Shown one piece after another: positions 42,755 through 51,116 of a DNA stretch of 64,000 nt; the first letter of the stretch is position 1, and each line of letters begins with the position of its first letter. The notes under the pieces are model-generated. The model searched no databases and was not told the DNA's origin. It saw nothing but the letters and a program-made list of their open reading frames with translations. The translations under genes were made by a program, and so were the position numbers. This DNA is from Andalucia godoyi And28 (taxonomy: Eukaryota > Protista > Jakobida). The stretch spans positions 47,370 through 111,369 of the forward strand of contig VRVR01000016.1 of the NCBI GenBank assembly GCA_009859145.1. The letters run 5' to 3'.

Positions 42755-43359
42755 GCACGGATGACAGCTTTTTGTGTATGAAAACATCAAACAGCAGCAT
42801 ACAGGAAGTTTGCTTGCACCTAACCGTACGGAGACTCGATTTTCTTTACCGTCGTCAAAGTCTAGCATTTTTCTCCACTTTTCTCTCTTTCTTTCATTTT
42901 CTGCTTGTGTTATTTTAATAATCGAACCTTCAAGCAGCACCTTTCATCAAAGACAAAACATCCCATGGCTCCGAAGAGGGGTCTTCCCAACAAACTCAAA
43001 CCGGCCATACCCGAAGATGCCGAGAACCAAGAAACCCGCTGATCTCTCTCGTCGCAACTTGCTGAGCAAGCGGATGATCATCAAATCACGGAGATGTGAG
43101 CGATTTGCGTTCGGAATGCGTTTTTTTCAAGTCGGAGAAACAAGAAGGAGCAAAAGCAAAAGCGTCGTCAGGCGCGCGGCATCGTTCGCCGACCACATTC
43201 TGTCTCCTTCAACGGTTATTGTTGAATGTTGAATCGACTGGGAGAATATGTTGGCTGCGATGACCTTTGATGTAGAGTTGGGGCTCGCTCCAAATTGGAT
43301 CTCTCTTCGGTGACAGCTTAGCCGATGATCAATCATGATTCATGTTTTGGCGAACGGAT
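42755..43359 (+). repeat. Dispersed repeat family II, copy A (inverted homolog of 56155-56655)
   Basis: Colinear blocks shared with the reverse complement of 56155-56655: cggatgac, aacatcaaac, ggaagtttg, atcgaacc.tcaagcagcac, catggctc..aagaggg.tcttccca.caaactcaaaccgg, gagaaccaagaaa, gcgatgacc, tagccgatgatcaat.atgattcatgtttt. Confidence 0.85.
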
Positions 43360-43707
43360 GGCGTTATCTGTCTGCGCACGCCGGCTGAGATTCAAGAAGC
43401 AGACATCTGGATCGGATTCTGAACACGGCACGCACTGCGTGACACACCAAAACACGTCGGAAGAGTCATCAAAAAAAGAAAGGAAAAAATCATGAGAAAC
43501 GGAAAGAGGTCTGTTTTTGTTTTAAATTAATTATCCAACATTAATATGTAGTAATAGCATCAACATCATAGCAAACACTTCAACGCACACACAGTGCTAG
43601 TTGTTACTGTACGTCATATTCCGCATACAGTGTGTGCGTGCAGCTGCAGCAGCAGCAGCAGGAGTAGTGGTAGTAATAATAATAATAATGGTGGTGGAGG
43701 CATTTCG

Positions 43708-44136
43708 TCATCTGAGCGAGTTGTCGGGCAGAGGAGAAAACTCGGTTGGACTAGGAATGACTTTCCACAGCGATGCGTCATCGAGGGAGACATCTATTCC
43801 AAGGTACAGCTTGTGCATGCGGTCCGGATCGTGAGACTTGAGATAGTCCTCGATCCAAAAGCTCAAATTCGGAATAGGTGCTACTTTTTGCCGAAATGCA
43901 CTTGAAAAAGCATTCTGTTTAATCGCATATTCAACCACCGGTCTGTAGCACAGCAAGTACGCGCCACGATGTGAAAATCGGGCTCGTGCACATGCAAACG
44001 GGACTGCAAATACCTGCCTTGTCTTCACATCACGAGCGAGGCCAAAACGGATCATCATGGAGGACGGATAGCATGTCCGCAACACTGCACACATTCGAAC
44101 TGGTGCATGCATCGGATGCCGAAGAACAGGCTGCAT
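43708..44136 (-). CDS. Possible small hypothetical protein (142 aa from the ATG at 44136); gene structure uncertain
   Basis: The C-terminal half (NLSFWIEDYLKSHDPDRMHKLYLGIDVSLDDASLWKVIP) looks globular. No family recognised. Confidence 0.35.
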   Translation of the reverse strand: MQPVLRHPMHAPVRMCAVLRTCYPSSMMIRFGLARDVKTRQVFAVPFACARARFSHRGAYLLCYRPVVEYAIKQNAFSSAFRQKVAPIPNLSFWIEDYLKSHDPDRMHKLYLGIDVSLDDASLWKVIPSPTEFSPLPDNSLR

Positions 44137-44151
44137 TCTCTTTTCCCCGGG

Positions 44152-44214
44152 TCTCCTTCTCCTTCTCCTTCTCCTTCTCCTTCTCCTTCTCCTTCTCCTT
44201 CTCCTTCTCCTTCT
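44152..44214. repeat. (TTCTCC)n hexanucleotide microsatellite, ~10 copies
   Basis: Direct reading. Confidence 0.9.
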
Positions 44215-44937
44215 TTCTGCACCCTTTACAAAGCCTCTCTCGAGCCTTATTGCGGCGCAGCCAAACAAAACAAGAAATAAATAAATAGAAATTGGATTCC
44301 ACTACGGTGAGGTAACCGACTGACTCGAGTCACTCACATGAGCTTCAGGCACATCGTGTCTCCGTGCTATTTGTTTGTTTGCGTGTGTTCTCGGGTTTGT
44401 TTTCTTCTTGTTTGGCTGCGTTTTCTTGTGTGGTGCATTTTCTCGCCAGAGGGGCCCGTGGTTACAAACCGCCACGTGAAGTCGATCGAGGAGGGATCAT
44501 CAGCGGCAATCGATGCTTCCAGACGAGGAGCGATCCACGGCTCCGATGGCGCTTGTCCGGGTTTCGTGAGGAATGCTTGCACACTGGAAGTGAAGTGTGT
44601 ACTAGGGAAAGCACTTCCACTTCCAAAATCGGCACCATACTGTCTTCTGGGGCTTGCAGCTTGTTCCCCATAGAATCCTTTGTGATGCTGTGAGGAAAAA
44701 ACCAGACGGGTAGTAGGTAGAACATATGCAAAAGCCGAAGGAGAAAGTGGCCGATAAGCAGTGGACCTCCACACTCACCACAAAGACTCTCTTGCGCTCG
44801 TTTTTTCTTCTTGTTTTCTCCCCTCTTCTTCTTAAGTTTCTGTTGCTACATTTGTATTACTCACAATCTGAGAGAGAAAGGAGCTCGCCGTTTCGTTTTG
44901 TGTGTGTGTGTGTGTGTGTGTTTTGAACTTTTTCGCC

Positions 44938-47889
44938 ATGACTTCTGTGAATGCCGATTCCCCGTTTGTGGATTCGCTGGCATCGCCTTGCTCCGGCACG
45001 AGGTTCGATGACGATCTGTTTGGAGGTGATCCAAACGATCTGTCAGAGAAGGAGAAGAGGTATCGGCTGCCGGCGGATGCGGTTGCAACGTTCGAGACGA
45101 TGTTCTGGTCTGGAACCAAGCATGTGAATCGGAAACTTGCAGAAGAGCTGAATGAGCGGTACCAGCTGGGAGGCTCCCAGAAAGTGCTGAACTGGTTCGC
45201 CAACAAGAGGTCGCGCAGCAAAAAGCGGGACTCGGTAGACATGGGAAGCTCAGCACAGCTGCTGCCTGCGATTGTTGCAGGAAAAGCTAGCGAGAACGGA
45301 GGATCTGCGACGAGCAGAAAGCCGCCTATACAGCCTGCTCTTCCGCTTCGAATGGGTCCCAAGGACTCGCTGAAGCAGCTGCACACACGAACACAGTCGA
45401 TGTCTAGTTTGCCGTTCGGCAAAGATCGCGCAGCCGTCAAGGCATCGGAGCTCTTTTGGAATCATGATGCATATCCCATGGTTCCTGAAGTGGACAAGCT
45501 GCCGACCACGACGGCAATGGGCTCGGCAAGTCCTCAGCAATTGCATTCATCCCCGGAAAACAGCGCGTCGGACCACTATGACTCTCCAGACTTCTCAAGC
45601 GACGTACACACAAGCTCTCCAATTCGTGCTGGCATGGACTTGCCTTTCATGTACGGCGACAGTCCGGACTTTGACATTCCATCACATGGCCTTGATGAAC
45701 CTGCAGTTGTGCCGATTGATTCCTTGGGTGATTGCGGCGACGATGAATTCAACAGCGATACAGCGGCTCCTCCGCCAAAGCGGCGGATGTCCACGGTTGA
45801 TCTTTCTGGACTGTCTCTGAATCCAAGCGCAACGCAACGGGGTGGTGAATCGCGCGACACGAGTTCAGTCAGCCATCGGCAGCTTCCTGACAAGAAACTC
45901 TCGTTCCTAAAGAAACGTGCACAGCACATGTCGCTGGACTTTCGAAGTCTTGATGAAAACTTCCGCTGCCTGGATGACATCGACTTGGACAATGCGTTTC
46001 AACAGTCCATGCGACAGCACGCTGCCGTCGCGCCGTTTCCTGGCGTTGATACGGATTCGTTGATTACGGACTCGGTGATGAGCTGCTCTTACGCTGAGAA
46101 AAGAGAGCGACTATTGGATTCCTCGCAGCTGCAGCAGGATTTCAACGATGTTGTGGCAGTCCTTTCCCGCAGCCTTTTCAAGAACGACGGAGAGGTCATC
46201 CGATCCATCGTGTTGTTTCTTGTCGAGAAAGTCTATCCGCGACTCCAGGTCATCTTGGATCTCACTATGAAGGAAAATGTGAACGATGCAGCCTTGCTGT
46301 CGCGCTGTCATCAGATCCTGTGTGCAGTCGGAGAATCATTCCGGTTGTTGCGGGCAGAGACGTCCTTTGAGAAGGAACCGAGTCATCATGTTGCACAGAG
46401 AAAACAGCTTCCCGAAATCGCACCTGAATTTTCGATCACACATCATCGCTTTGAAAGCAGTGAAAAGAACTTTTTTGATCAGATTGTGAAACACCACGTT
46501 TCTGGCATCCTGTTTTCTCCCCTCGGGACTGGAATCGTGATTCGAAACGATGTGAACGCTGGTCTCATGTGCGTTTGGAGGCATTTGCTTATCAGCATTG
46601 CTCGGCACAAACTGTCTCCTCGAGACCAAGTGGAATTTGAGAAAATGATTCGCCAAGCGGCCAGACACGACATGGATGGGACGATGCTCTGCCGTCTCGA
46701 GCCTTCGGAAGATTCCAGAAATGCAATGTTTTTGCCGTATCTGAGTCAGCTATACTGCAGCCAGCTGGTTAATGCCTTCCAATCTGACGCGACCGAGGAA
46801 ATGTTTTCAAGAGTGCTGAAACACAATCCGGACGAGTCGACCAAACGTCAAATGTTCCAACATTTGCTGTCCCAAAAGAACTTTCGTTTGCTCACCAAAG
46901 TGGCGGATATTCCATACGCTGTCGCTCTTGTGAACACCCAGCTTAACGATGCTGAGAACATGGAACATTCGGATTGTGCATACAATGTTGCCTCCAGAAT
47001 TGTGCACCGCGTGAAGAAGGTGTGCCGCAATTCCCAGCAAGCATCCGCAGGCGCAATGGCAAATGGAAATGCATTCAAAAACGATCCGAAACAGAATCCT
47101 TTTGTCGATCATGGTGATGAGCAGGATGACATGAATACTCGTGTTGCCGAGTCCCCGGAACCGGACAGTGTGAAGGGAATTGATCCCGAATTATATGTGC
47201 ATTTGACATGGGCTTACCACCAGGCCGAGTCTCGTCTACCAAGGATTTTTGACGCCTTTGTTCGCATGTTGACTGATGAGCTCAATGAACATTCCCAGGT
47301 TAAGGCGTCTCTTTGTTCGCAGGGAGGCTCTATGGATTGTTCTGCGCTGCACCTCTGGAAGGCCGAATACACGAGACAGATGTTGTCGGCCAAGACTCCG
47401 CGGCAGATGGCGAGGAAGCATTGGGACTGGGTGTCCAATATCGGTGGTTCGCCACAAGAGACTGTGGCATCCCTGAGTGCGTTTGCAGGCTCTCCGGCGA
47501 CGTCCAAACGCCAATTCAAGAAGGGAGAATTCAAAGGAGAATGTTTTGTTGACTGGATATTTCTGCTTCCAGACCAAGAACAACGAATGGTCTTGCAGTC
47601 GCTGAAATCTCGGATTCCGCCGCACTGCTCGTGGCTCTGTGATCCTCAGATCCTCCATGGTCTGCCGAATGTGTGGCAAATTGACGAGGACATCACGGAT
47701 CGCTGGGGCTATCTGCGAGACATTGCTCTCGTGCTGCGCCAGATCTTGTCCGATCGCGCAAAGCTGGAACCCTCGGTTTTGCGGAGTTACAAGCATGACA
47801 AGTTCGGTACCATGGATGCCCCCTTGGTTCCTTCGTTGCAGCTCGGATCTTGGAACGAGTCTTCTCTTCTTTTCAAAGACCTTCAATGA
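44938..47889 (+). CDS. Homeodomain-containing protein (N-terminal atypical homeobox)
   Basis: KRYRLPADAVATFETMF...LAEELNERYQLGGSQKVLNWFANKRSRSKK contains the helix-3 WFxNxR signature. ATG at 44938. Confidence 0.8.
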   Translation: MTSVNADSPFVDSLASPCSGTRFDDDLFGGDPNDLSEKEKRYRLPADAVATFETMFWSGTKHVNRKLAEELNERYQLGGSQKVLNWFANKRSRSKKRDSVDMGSSAQLLPAIVAGKASENGGSATSRKPPIQPALPLRMGPKDSLKQLHTRTQSMSSLPFGKDRAAVKASELFWNHDAYPMVPEVDKLPTTTAMGSASPQQLHSSPENSASDHYDSPDFSSDVHTSSPIRAGMDLPFMYGDSPDFDIPSHGLDEPAVVPIDSLGDCGDDEFNSDTAAPPPKRRMSTVDLSGLSLNPSATQRGGESRDTSSVSHRQLPDKKLSFLKKRAQHMSLDFRSLDENFRCLDDIDLDNAFQQSMRQHAAVAPFPGVDTDSLITDSVMSCSYAEKRERLLDSSQLQQDFNDVVAVLSRSLFKNDGEVIRSIVLFLVEKVYPRLQVILDLTMKENVNDAALLSRCHQILCAVGESFRLLRAETSFEKEPSHHVAQRKQLPEIAPEFSITHHRFESSEKNFFDQIVKHHVSGILFSPLGTGIVIRNDVNAGLMCVWRHLLISIARHKLSPRDQVEFEKMIRQAARHDMDGTMLCRLEPSEDSRNAMFLPYLSQLYCSQLVNAFQSDATEEMFSRVLKHNPDESTKRQMFQHLLSQKNFRLLTKVADIPYAVALVNTQLNDAENMEHSDCAYNVASRIVHRVKKVCRNSQQASAGAMANGNAFKNDPKQNPFVDHGDEQDDMNTRVAESPEPDSVKGIDPELYVHLTWAYHQAESRLPRIFDAFVRMLTDELNEHSQVKASLCSQGGSMDCSALHLWKAEYTRQMLSAKTPRQMARKHWDWVSNIGGSPQETVASLSAFAGSPATSKRQFKKGEFKGECFVDWIFLLPDQEQRMVLQSLKSRIPPHCSWLCDPQILHGLPNVWQIDEDITDRWGYLRDIALVLRQILSDRAKLEPSVLRSYKHDKFGTMDAPLVPSLQLGSWNESSLLFKDLQ

Positions 47890-48038
47890 CGTGAAAACAA
47901 AATCAATATGAAAGAATGTATGCTTTATCAGTGTTGTCTTTGGACCTTTTTTTCTGTGTGTTCGCAAGAAAGAAGAACTAGCTATTAAATCCTTCTTGAT
48001 TTCTCTGATATCTGTGTTCTCTCTTTCTTTTACCATTT

Positions 48039-49004
48039 CTATTCGCGTTTCTTGTGGTTTGCGTGGGTGGCGTCGGTACTGGCCGACTTGCCCGACTTGC
48101 CCGACTTTCCCGACCTTGAGGGATCTTTCAGTACCCCAAATTGCATCAAGACGCTCTTGAAGAACAGACCGCACCAGTAAAAGTTGACGCCAGCATGAAT
48201 CACCATAGCAATGGACAAAATCCATCCGAGTTGCGAAGGGAACACGGTGAGCGCGCTCCACGTTCTCCAGACGACAAACGCATTCCACACGAACCGCGAG
48301 CCCTGGAACGCCACGATCAGCAGCAGCGCATTCACCATCGCAAACACCCCCTTGTATCGGAGCTTGATGAAGAGCCACGAAAAATGCAGAAACGGAGTCG
48401 ACACTTCGTTTGTCATGAACGCCGCCATCACCCAGTGACCGATTCTTCCCCACAGACCAAGTCCAAAGCACACAAAGATGTTGACATGGTGCAGCAGCAA
48501 CGTCGGCCAGCCCAGCAGTCCATACGTCTGGTACGAAGTGATGAAGTCATAGAACATGTATCCGGCCGTAATCGACAGCGCCATAGTGCATCTTCCTTCC
48601 GAGCACGCACACACAACCTCTCCAACGCCTGGGTTCATTATAAAATCTCGGAGAGTCAAGAACTGATTGCCGAGGCTGTCCCATCCTACCCTGGTGCCAG
48701 AAATCAGCGCGATGCACGTAAACGCGCCAACAGTTCCAACGATGGAATGAATCAGCGACACAAACTTCACTCCAGCCGTCCGCACATCCTGTGGCGAAAG
48801 CTTCCTTGTGACAAACGCAGGAAAGATCTTCGGACCAAACACCTCAACCGCATAGTGAAGCACAAACCAAAACACACACGACGAAACCGATATCAACAAC
48901 GAACCCCATGCATACTCTGCAAACGTGGACGATCCGTGAGCACACGAATGAAACGGCAAGCTACGCCACTTTTCCTGGAAATCGCCTCCAAATACACTCG
49001 TCAT
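48039..49004 (-). CDS. TLC (TRAM/LAG1/CLN8) domain membrane protein, TLCD4/TMEM56-like
   Basis: Motifs GYMFYD, LLLHH, NEVSTPFLH and F..SRF, with several TM segments. Likely ATG is 49004; the longer ORF start at 49181 lies inside the transposon left end. Confidence 0.88.
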   Translation of the reverse strand: MTSVFGGDFQEKWRSLPFHSCAHGSSTFAEYAWGSLLISVSSCVFWFVLHYAVEVFGPKIFPAFVTRKLSPQDVRTAGVKFVSLIHSIVGTVGAFTCIALISGTRVGWDSLGNQFLTLRDFIMNPGVGEVVCACSEGRCTMALSITAGYMFYDFITSYQTYGLLGWPTLLLHHVNIFVCFGLGLWGRIGHWVMAAFMTNEVSTPFLHFSWLFIKLRYKGVFAMVNALLLIVAFQGSRFVWNAFVVWRTWSALTVFPSQLGWILSIAMVIHAGVNFYWCGLFFKSVLMQFGVLKDPSRSGKSGKSGKSASTDATHANHKKRE

Positions 49005-49152
49005 TTCCCCGCTTTCCCCCTCCTTCTCTCTGTTCAAAGCAGCCGCCACAAGACAAGCCGCAGATTCACTAATTACTTTAATCAGAATCGCCAAAGACGC
49101 CGTGGCACCGGGGACAGACGGGAGCAAATAGACAAAGTCAATCACATCAAAT

Positions 49153-49706
49153 GCCGATGAATAATGACAAGTCATTGTCATGCATACGCAAGTATACGTA
49201 AACAGACATGGTCGATACTGGCCGACACTAGCCTGTTTGTTTCACAGGGGATTCGTGCTTACGCACGCTCGGCCAAAATTCAGCCTGTGACACAGGCTCC
49301 GCATTTCCGACACTCTTTAATGTAGCATCCGTAGCCATCTATTCTATCATTCGTTGGTTCCACTTTATTAATTCAAATATGGGCGTGAGTGCGCTAGGAA
49401 GACGCATTCGCCTACGCCTACGCCGCTCGATACAGGGCCTCCTAGGTCCCGCAGACCTCCTAAGAGACCGCGTGTCACTACGCCTGCTGCAAGGGCCGTC
49501 AGAATCAAAATGCACCCTTCTCAGGAACAACGTGTCACGCTGAGAAAGTGGCTCACCGATTGATCGAGATTGGGAACGGAGCGCGGAACATCTATCTGAA
49601 GAACGCCCTGGGGCGTGTTGGGGCCTATCCCCTTCGCGGCAACGGGATGCAAGATTGAATATGCATGTCTATTCGTAGATATGCATGCTCAGTGTATAAT
49701 GTAGGT
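49153..49706 (+). mobile_element. Non-autonomous, internally deleted IS607/Fanzor2 (TnpB-like) element, copy 2 (most complete)
   Basis: Frame 49381-49563 reads ...RSRRPPKRPRVTTPAARAVRIKMHPSQEQRVTLRKWLTD* (NLS-like basic patch plus TnpB N-terminal motif). From 49559 it reads IDRDW-(+1 G)-NGARNIYLKNALGRVGAYPLRGNGMQD* (RuvC-III). It ends in ...CAGTGTATAATGTAGG. Confidence 0.88.
49613..49706 (+). ncRNA. Putative omegaRNA scaffold, copy 2
   Basis: GCGU/AUGC and GUUG/CAAC helices, a GGGG-CCUAU-CCCC hairpin, a stem at 49655-49671/49676-49692 with a UUCG loop, and loop CCUA complementary to the terminal UAGG (49702-49705). Confidence 0.7.
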
Positions 49707-49773
49707 GATGGATGCAGCCAGTTCTTCTTAAGGTTACGTTGCAGCAGATGTAGATTTTATTTGTTTTTTAATT

Positions 49774-50760
49774 TTAAACCTTGACAATGGCGGCTCGGAT
49801 GCGGTCAGCGTCTCGATTGGTCTGGTCGATGGCAGCTCGGACCGCGGACTCTCCTACAACCGTGACCATTCTCGCAGGATTCCCAGCGAACCTCGAGTAC
49901 GGAGGGACGACGGTGCATGGAGCGACAACGGACCCGTCCTCAATGACACAGCAGTCATTCAGAATGCATCCGGGTCCGATGCGCACGTGCGACCCTATCC
50001 GCACGTACGACCCTATTCGCAGTGCATGCACCGATGAATGACGACCGATCCACACGTGATTCCCGATCGCCAGCTTGTGGAACTGCAGATTCGCCGTCTT
50101 CTTCGTAATCTCTCCCCCACCCTCCTTGCCGATGCTTTCCGGCGGCACTACAAGTCCATACGTACGATCATCCCTCTTACCACCACCGCCACCACTGCTA
50201 CTACTACCACTGTTGTTGATGGCGATGGAGGAGGTGCCGTCGCTGGTGACGACGCTACTTTGGAAGTGATCCGAGTGGTCCGTCGTTGGATTGAGAAAAG
50301 AGCGGGTAAAAGAGCTTGAAAACCCGAATGGATGTTGGAGCGATTCTACTGGAATAATATGTGTCGGGGCGTCCATGGCCGTTTCAAAAGCCGCCTGATC
50401 TGCAAAAGGCGGTGGAGAGGACGCCGATGAAGCCGTTAAAGTCTTCGTTGTGGCAGTGGTAACAGCGGAATGGGAGGAAAGAGAGAGCAAAGAATCGATG
50501 CGAAGCGAAGGACAAATGACCGAATTTTCGTCCACAAAGCAAATATCACCCATGGAAATTGCAGCCTTGTCCGAGGCTACTTTGACAAAGGGCATGAGGA
50601 CGGTTCCTCTGCCAATGGACACTGCGTCGAGATCCAGTATCTGGGCTGAGTTGGAAATCAGAATAAGCTGTTGAGAAGCAGGAATCGTCAGAGACGGAAC
50701 GGCCGGAGTCAGCTGCATCCATTGCGACGCAGGAGAAGGCGCATACGGAACAGGTTCCAT
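49774..50760 (-). CDS. DCTN5: Dynactin subunit 5 (p25) with a large S/T/G-rich insertion
   Basis: Left-handed beta-helix hexapeptides LAIGNHVWIG...IGSYVRIG...CILNDCCVI...VVPPYSRFAGNPA match DCTN5. ATG at 50760. Confidence 0.85.
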   Translation of the reverse strand: MEPVPYAPSPASQWMQLTPAVPSLTIPASQQLILISNSAQILDLDAVSIGRGTVLMPFVKVASDKAAISMGDICFVDENSVICPSLRIDSLLSLSSHSAVTTATTKTLTASSASSPPPFADQAAFETAMDAPTHIIPVESLQHPFGFSSSFTRSFLNPTTDHSDHFQSSVVTSDGTSSIAINNSGSSSSGGGGGKRDDRTYGLVVPPESIGKEGGGEITKKTANLQFHKLAIGNHVWIGRHSSVHALRIGSYVRIGSHVRIGPGCILNDCCVIEDGSVVAPCTVVPPYSRFAGNPARMVTVVGESAVRAAIDQTNRDADRIRAAIVKV

Positions 50761-51116
50761 CTTTTCTCTCTCTCTCTCTCTCCCTCTCTCTCCCTCCACA
50801 CACGCAGAGTACTGTGTTGCTTCTTTCAGCCTGCAACTCGGGAAACCCCTCCAGAATGCATAATGACATCAAGGAATGTCAAACATGCTCGAAACGGTAG
50901 AGCAAGCATTCACACAATCAAAAAAACAAAACAAAACAAAACATGCAGCGGCTGTACTTTTGTACACTCACTTCGACAGTTCCACTAGAGTATTTTTGTC
51001 TTCTTCCATCTTTCCATTTCTTTCGTTTGGCTCTGCTTTGATTGGTTTGGTTTTGGTTTCTTAAGTATTTCTTATAAGATTTGTTCCATTCTTCGTGTCT
51101 TTTATTGTCTACGGGA

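Noticed and set aside
43040-43042. Selenocysteine readthrough of the TGA shared by both repeat II copies
   Set aside because: Copy B is frameshifted before the TGA, the downstream frames are not conserved, and no SECIS was recognised.
48141-49160. 339-aa plus-strand ORF
   Set aside because: Antisense shadow of the TLC gene, with no motif and skewed composition.
49005-49181. N-terminal extension of the TLC ORF
   Set aside because: Its ATG lies inside the left end of the Fanzor relic, so it is probably fortuitous.
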